From a virus, in the IMG/VR virus record IMGVR_UViG_3300022752_000059, positions 2,601 through 66,600 of that record: a stretch of 64,000 nucleotides of DNA. One strand, given 5' to 3'. The position numbers and the translations under genes are program-made. The notes under the pieces are model-generated. The model ran no database searches. It was not told the origin of the DNA and saw only the letters and a list, made by a program, of their open reading frames with translations. Positions within the stretch are counted from its first letter, which is position 1; every line of letters starts with the position of its first letter. Of the stretch, positions 61,899-64,000 are shown piece by piece.

Positions 61899-63455
61899 TC
61901 ATGCTCTTGCCACCGTCAAAGAACCCGTAGTAGTCCACGAGTACCAAGTGTAAGAACCGTCTGTGCCGTTTGTCGTAGTTCCTGTGACGCTAATGCTTAG
62001 ACCTGTTGCGTCTGCGGTAAGCCAACGCACAATGACAATGCCTGAACCGCCGTTATTGTTCTGACCGCCGCCATTACCTGTGTTAGCGCCACCTGCGCCG
62101 CCGCTTTCCGAACCGCCCGTTGCGTATGTAGTTGCTGAACCGTTGTAGTTGTTGCTCGACCCTGCGCCGCCTGTCGTACCGCTTGCGTCACCACCTGCGC
62201 CACCACCTGCGCCAGCGTTCGCATTATTTACGCCGATACTGCCTTTGTTGCCTTGCCCCAACACGCCGAAACCGCCCGAACCCGCACCGACAAAACTTCC
62301 GCCACCTGAACCGCCCTGTTTGCCAATAGCACTACCGCCGCTTTGTGATGCGCCACCGCCACCACCATAAGCGGTACGAATAAAGAGAGAGTTGCTACCG
62401 TCACCGCCAGCCGCACCGCCAGCCGCACCACCACCGCCAACAGTCACCGTGTGCGTTGCTTTGCCAATGATGTTGCTCGCAACTATCATTCCGCCAGCGC
62501 CACCACCGCAACCGTCATTGCCGCCAGCACCGTAGCCGCCAGCACCGCCGCCAGCAACGACCAGATAATCAACATTTAATACTTCCTGATATCTAACATT
62601 TCCTACAGCAGAACCTGAGACTCTTCTACGGATATAGACGATTCCTGCACCGCCTGAACCGCCATCATTGTTTACGCCGCCGCCACCGCCGCCTCCAGTA
62701 TTAGCAGTTCCGTTATTTTGACCACGGTTTGCACCGCCACCAGAACCACCCGTGCCACCGCTTGCACCGCCGCCTCCACCGCCTCCTGAACGGTATGTTG
62801 TTCCTGCGGATTGTCCAAGCCAAGTTGAAATGTCTACTCCAATCCCACCATTTCCTCCAGCCGTTCCAGCGGCATTGCTGCCAATTGCACCTGCTCCACC
62901 ACCGCCACCGCCACCATTATTGTCTGATGCGACTCCAGTACCTCCTGCAAATCCTTGCATTCCCAGTCCACCAGTTACATAGTTGCTATTTCCTGTTCCT
63001 GAACCTCCACCACCACACCCGCCGTTATGTGCAACAAAACGGTCACCACCAGCAGTCCAACCTGCCCCTTGCCCACCGCCAACTCCAACGATGTCGGTAC
63101 TTGACCACGAAGACCCACCTATGCGAGATGAACCGCCACCTGCGCCCATTCTCCCTGTCCCCCCACCGCCAATAGTTACGGTTTGATTGGAATTTAAATA
63201 AACAGTTTCCTGAATTATGCCGCCACCGCCACCACCACCGCCGTATGATGTTCCTGGTGCATATCCACCCTGCCCGCCTCCGCCAACAACAAGCACGTCA
63301 AACCAGCCAGGTTTTGTAACCGTCAACGTACCTGTTGCCGTAAATGTATGAAGTTTATATGAAACACCAGAGACGGTTATATCTGTTTCTGTACCGCCCG
63401 ATGCAACACCGTATTCGGTTGCAAGTCGAGGAGATCGGGCTGCTGAGATACTCAT
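61899..63455 (-). CDS. Glycine-rich fibre/adhesin protein with two Gly-rich domains
   Basis: H.FTATG, VLVVGGGG.G, YLVVAGGG.G, ANTG.GG, GGSGIVIVR. Confidence 0.75.
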   Translation of the reverse strand: MSISAARSPRLATEYGVASGGTETDITVSGVSYKLHTFTATGTLTVTKPGWFDVLVVGGGGQGGYAPGTSYGGGGGGGGIIQETVYLNSNQTVTIGGGGTGRMGAGGGSSRIGGSSWSSTDIVGVGGGQGAGWTAGGDRFVAHNGGCGGGGSGTGNSNYVTGGLGMQGFAGGTGVASDNNGGGGGGGAGAIGSNAAGTAGGNGGIGVDISTWLGQSAGTTYRSGGGGGGGASGGTGGSGGGANRGQNNGTANTGGGGGGGVNNDGGSGGAGIVYIRRRVSGSAVGNVRYQEVLNVDYLVVAGGGAGGYGAGGNDGCGGGAGGMIVASNIIGKATHTVTVGGGGAAGGAAGGDGSNSLFIRTAYGGGGGASQSGGSAIGKQGGSGGGSFVGAGSGGFGVLGQGNKGSIGVNNANAGAGGGAGGDASGTTGGAGSSNNYNGSATTYATGGSESGGAGGANTGNGGGQNNNGGSGIVIVRWLTADATGLSISVTGTTTNGTDGSYTWYSWTTTGSLTVARA

Positions 63456-63676
63456 TGTGGAACCTCAGGTGCTACGAACACATCATTCACCGCATCGTAG
63501 GTATCACCGATGCCAGCGTACTTGCCACGCTGAGAGTTGTCTTGAAATGTTTCTACCCAAAGCGATGCGTCACCATAACGCTCAGGGTTTGCCACGATGA
63601 AGTCATACGCAACAACACGAACATCGGTGACGATGCCGTTCTCAACCTTTGCGAAGTAGGTGCGTGTGTCGCTCAT
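63452..63676 (-). CDS. Fibre-partner protein, MAHFA family (copy 3)
   Basis: YFAKVENG.V..V.VV...W.ET....RGKYAGIGD.YDAVNDVF. Confidence 0.7.
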   Translation of the reverse strand: MSDTRTYFAKVENGIVTDVRVVAYDFIVANPERYGDASLWVETFQDNSQRGKYAGIGDTYDAVNDVFVAPEVPQ

Positions 63677-64000
63677 ATCTTGAACCTTACGAATACTGCG
63701 CCAGCCGCACCGTTGCCGCCCGTGTTCATTCCACCACGACCACCGCCACCACCTGCGCCGTAGTTAACACCATTATCGCCGTTGGCAGATGAACCTTTGC
63801 CTGCCACGCCACCGTTGCCAGCCGAGCCACCAGTACCGCTTGCAGAGCCACCACCACCTGCTGATGCATAATAGATTGCGCCCGTAATCCAACTAGAGAT
63901 GTCAGCACCGTTGCCGCCAGAGCCGCCAACAGATGACGTACCGTTGCCGCCTGCACTACCAGCACCACCGCCACCACCAGCGCCTGTCCCAGATGAGTTA
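63673..64000 (-). CDS. Glycine-rich fibre protein (5' part outside the window)
   Basis: ...GGGGGAG...DISSWITG...GGGG...GNGAAGAVFVRFKI*; ATGA overlap. Confidence 0.7.
   Translation of the reverse strand, partial: NSSGTGAGGGGGAGSAGGNGTSSVGGSGGNGADISSWITGAIYYASAGGGGSASGTGGSAGNGGVAGKGSSANGDNGVNYGAGGGGGRGGMNTGGNGAAGAVFVRFKI

Noticed and set aside
58741-64000. Diversity-generating retroelement (Mtd-like domain plus repeats)
   Set aside because: No reverse transcriptase in the window, and repeat differences are not adenine-specific
1-64000. Stop-codon reassignment, introns or inteins
   Set aside because: Core genes (polA, terL, recA, dnaB, capsid, portal) are intact and of normal length in code 11

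Overview
This 64 kb window is part of a large myovirus-type (contractile-tail) bacteriophage genome, almost entirely coded on the minus strand. The host is very likely an actinobacterium (two WhiB genes, many leaderless-type promoters); this is inferred, and no host DNA, integrase, tRNA, rRNA or CRISPR array was seen. In coordinate order: a glycosyltransferase/WhiB/nucleotide-metabolism block (1-7 kb); a cluster of small disordered proteins headed by spoVS (7-11.7 kb); recombination and replication genes including RecA, a Cas4-like nuclease, PolA, SSB, SNF2, primase, DnaB, DnaC and an initiator with iterons (11.7-25.4 kb); a plus-strand island with a structured anti-Shine-Dalgarno RNA candidate, three very basic proteins and Dps (25.4-26.7 kb); baseplate, tape measure, tube, sheath and neck (27-43 kb); capsid, scaffold and portal (45-50 kb); a proteasome-beta-like protease/metallophosphoesterase operon, terminase and lysis genes (50-58.7 kb); and repeated glycine-rich fibre cassettes (58.7-64 kb). 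Best novelty candidates: (1) a promoter-driven ~105 nt RNA displaying two CCUCCU anti-SD motifs; (2) a shared N-terminal tag on otherwise unrelated small proteins; (3) an apparently inactivated TGT-fold protein; (4) a phage Thr-protease operon; (5) a possible +1 frameshift in the tail chaperone. All family and DUF assignments come from motif recognition by eye and need HMM confirmation. Several starts were re-called from gene overlaps, RBS or promoter positions.
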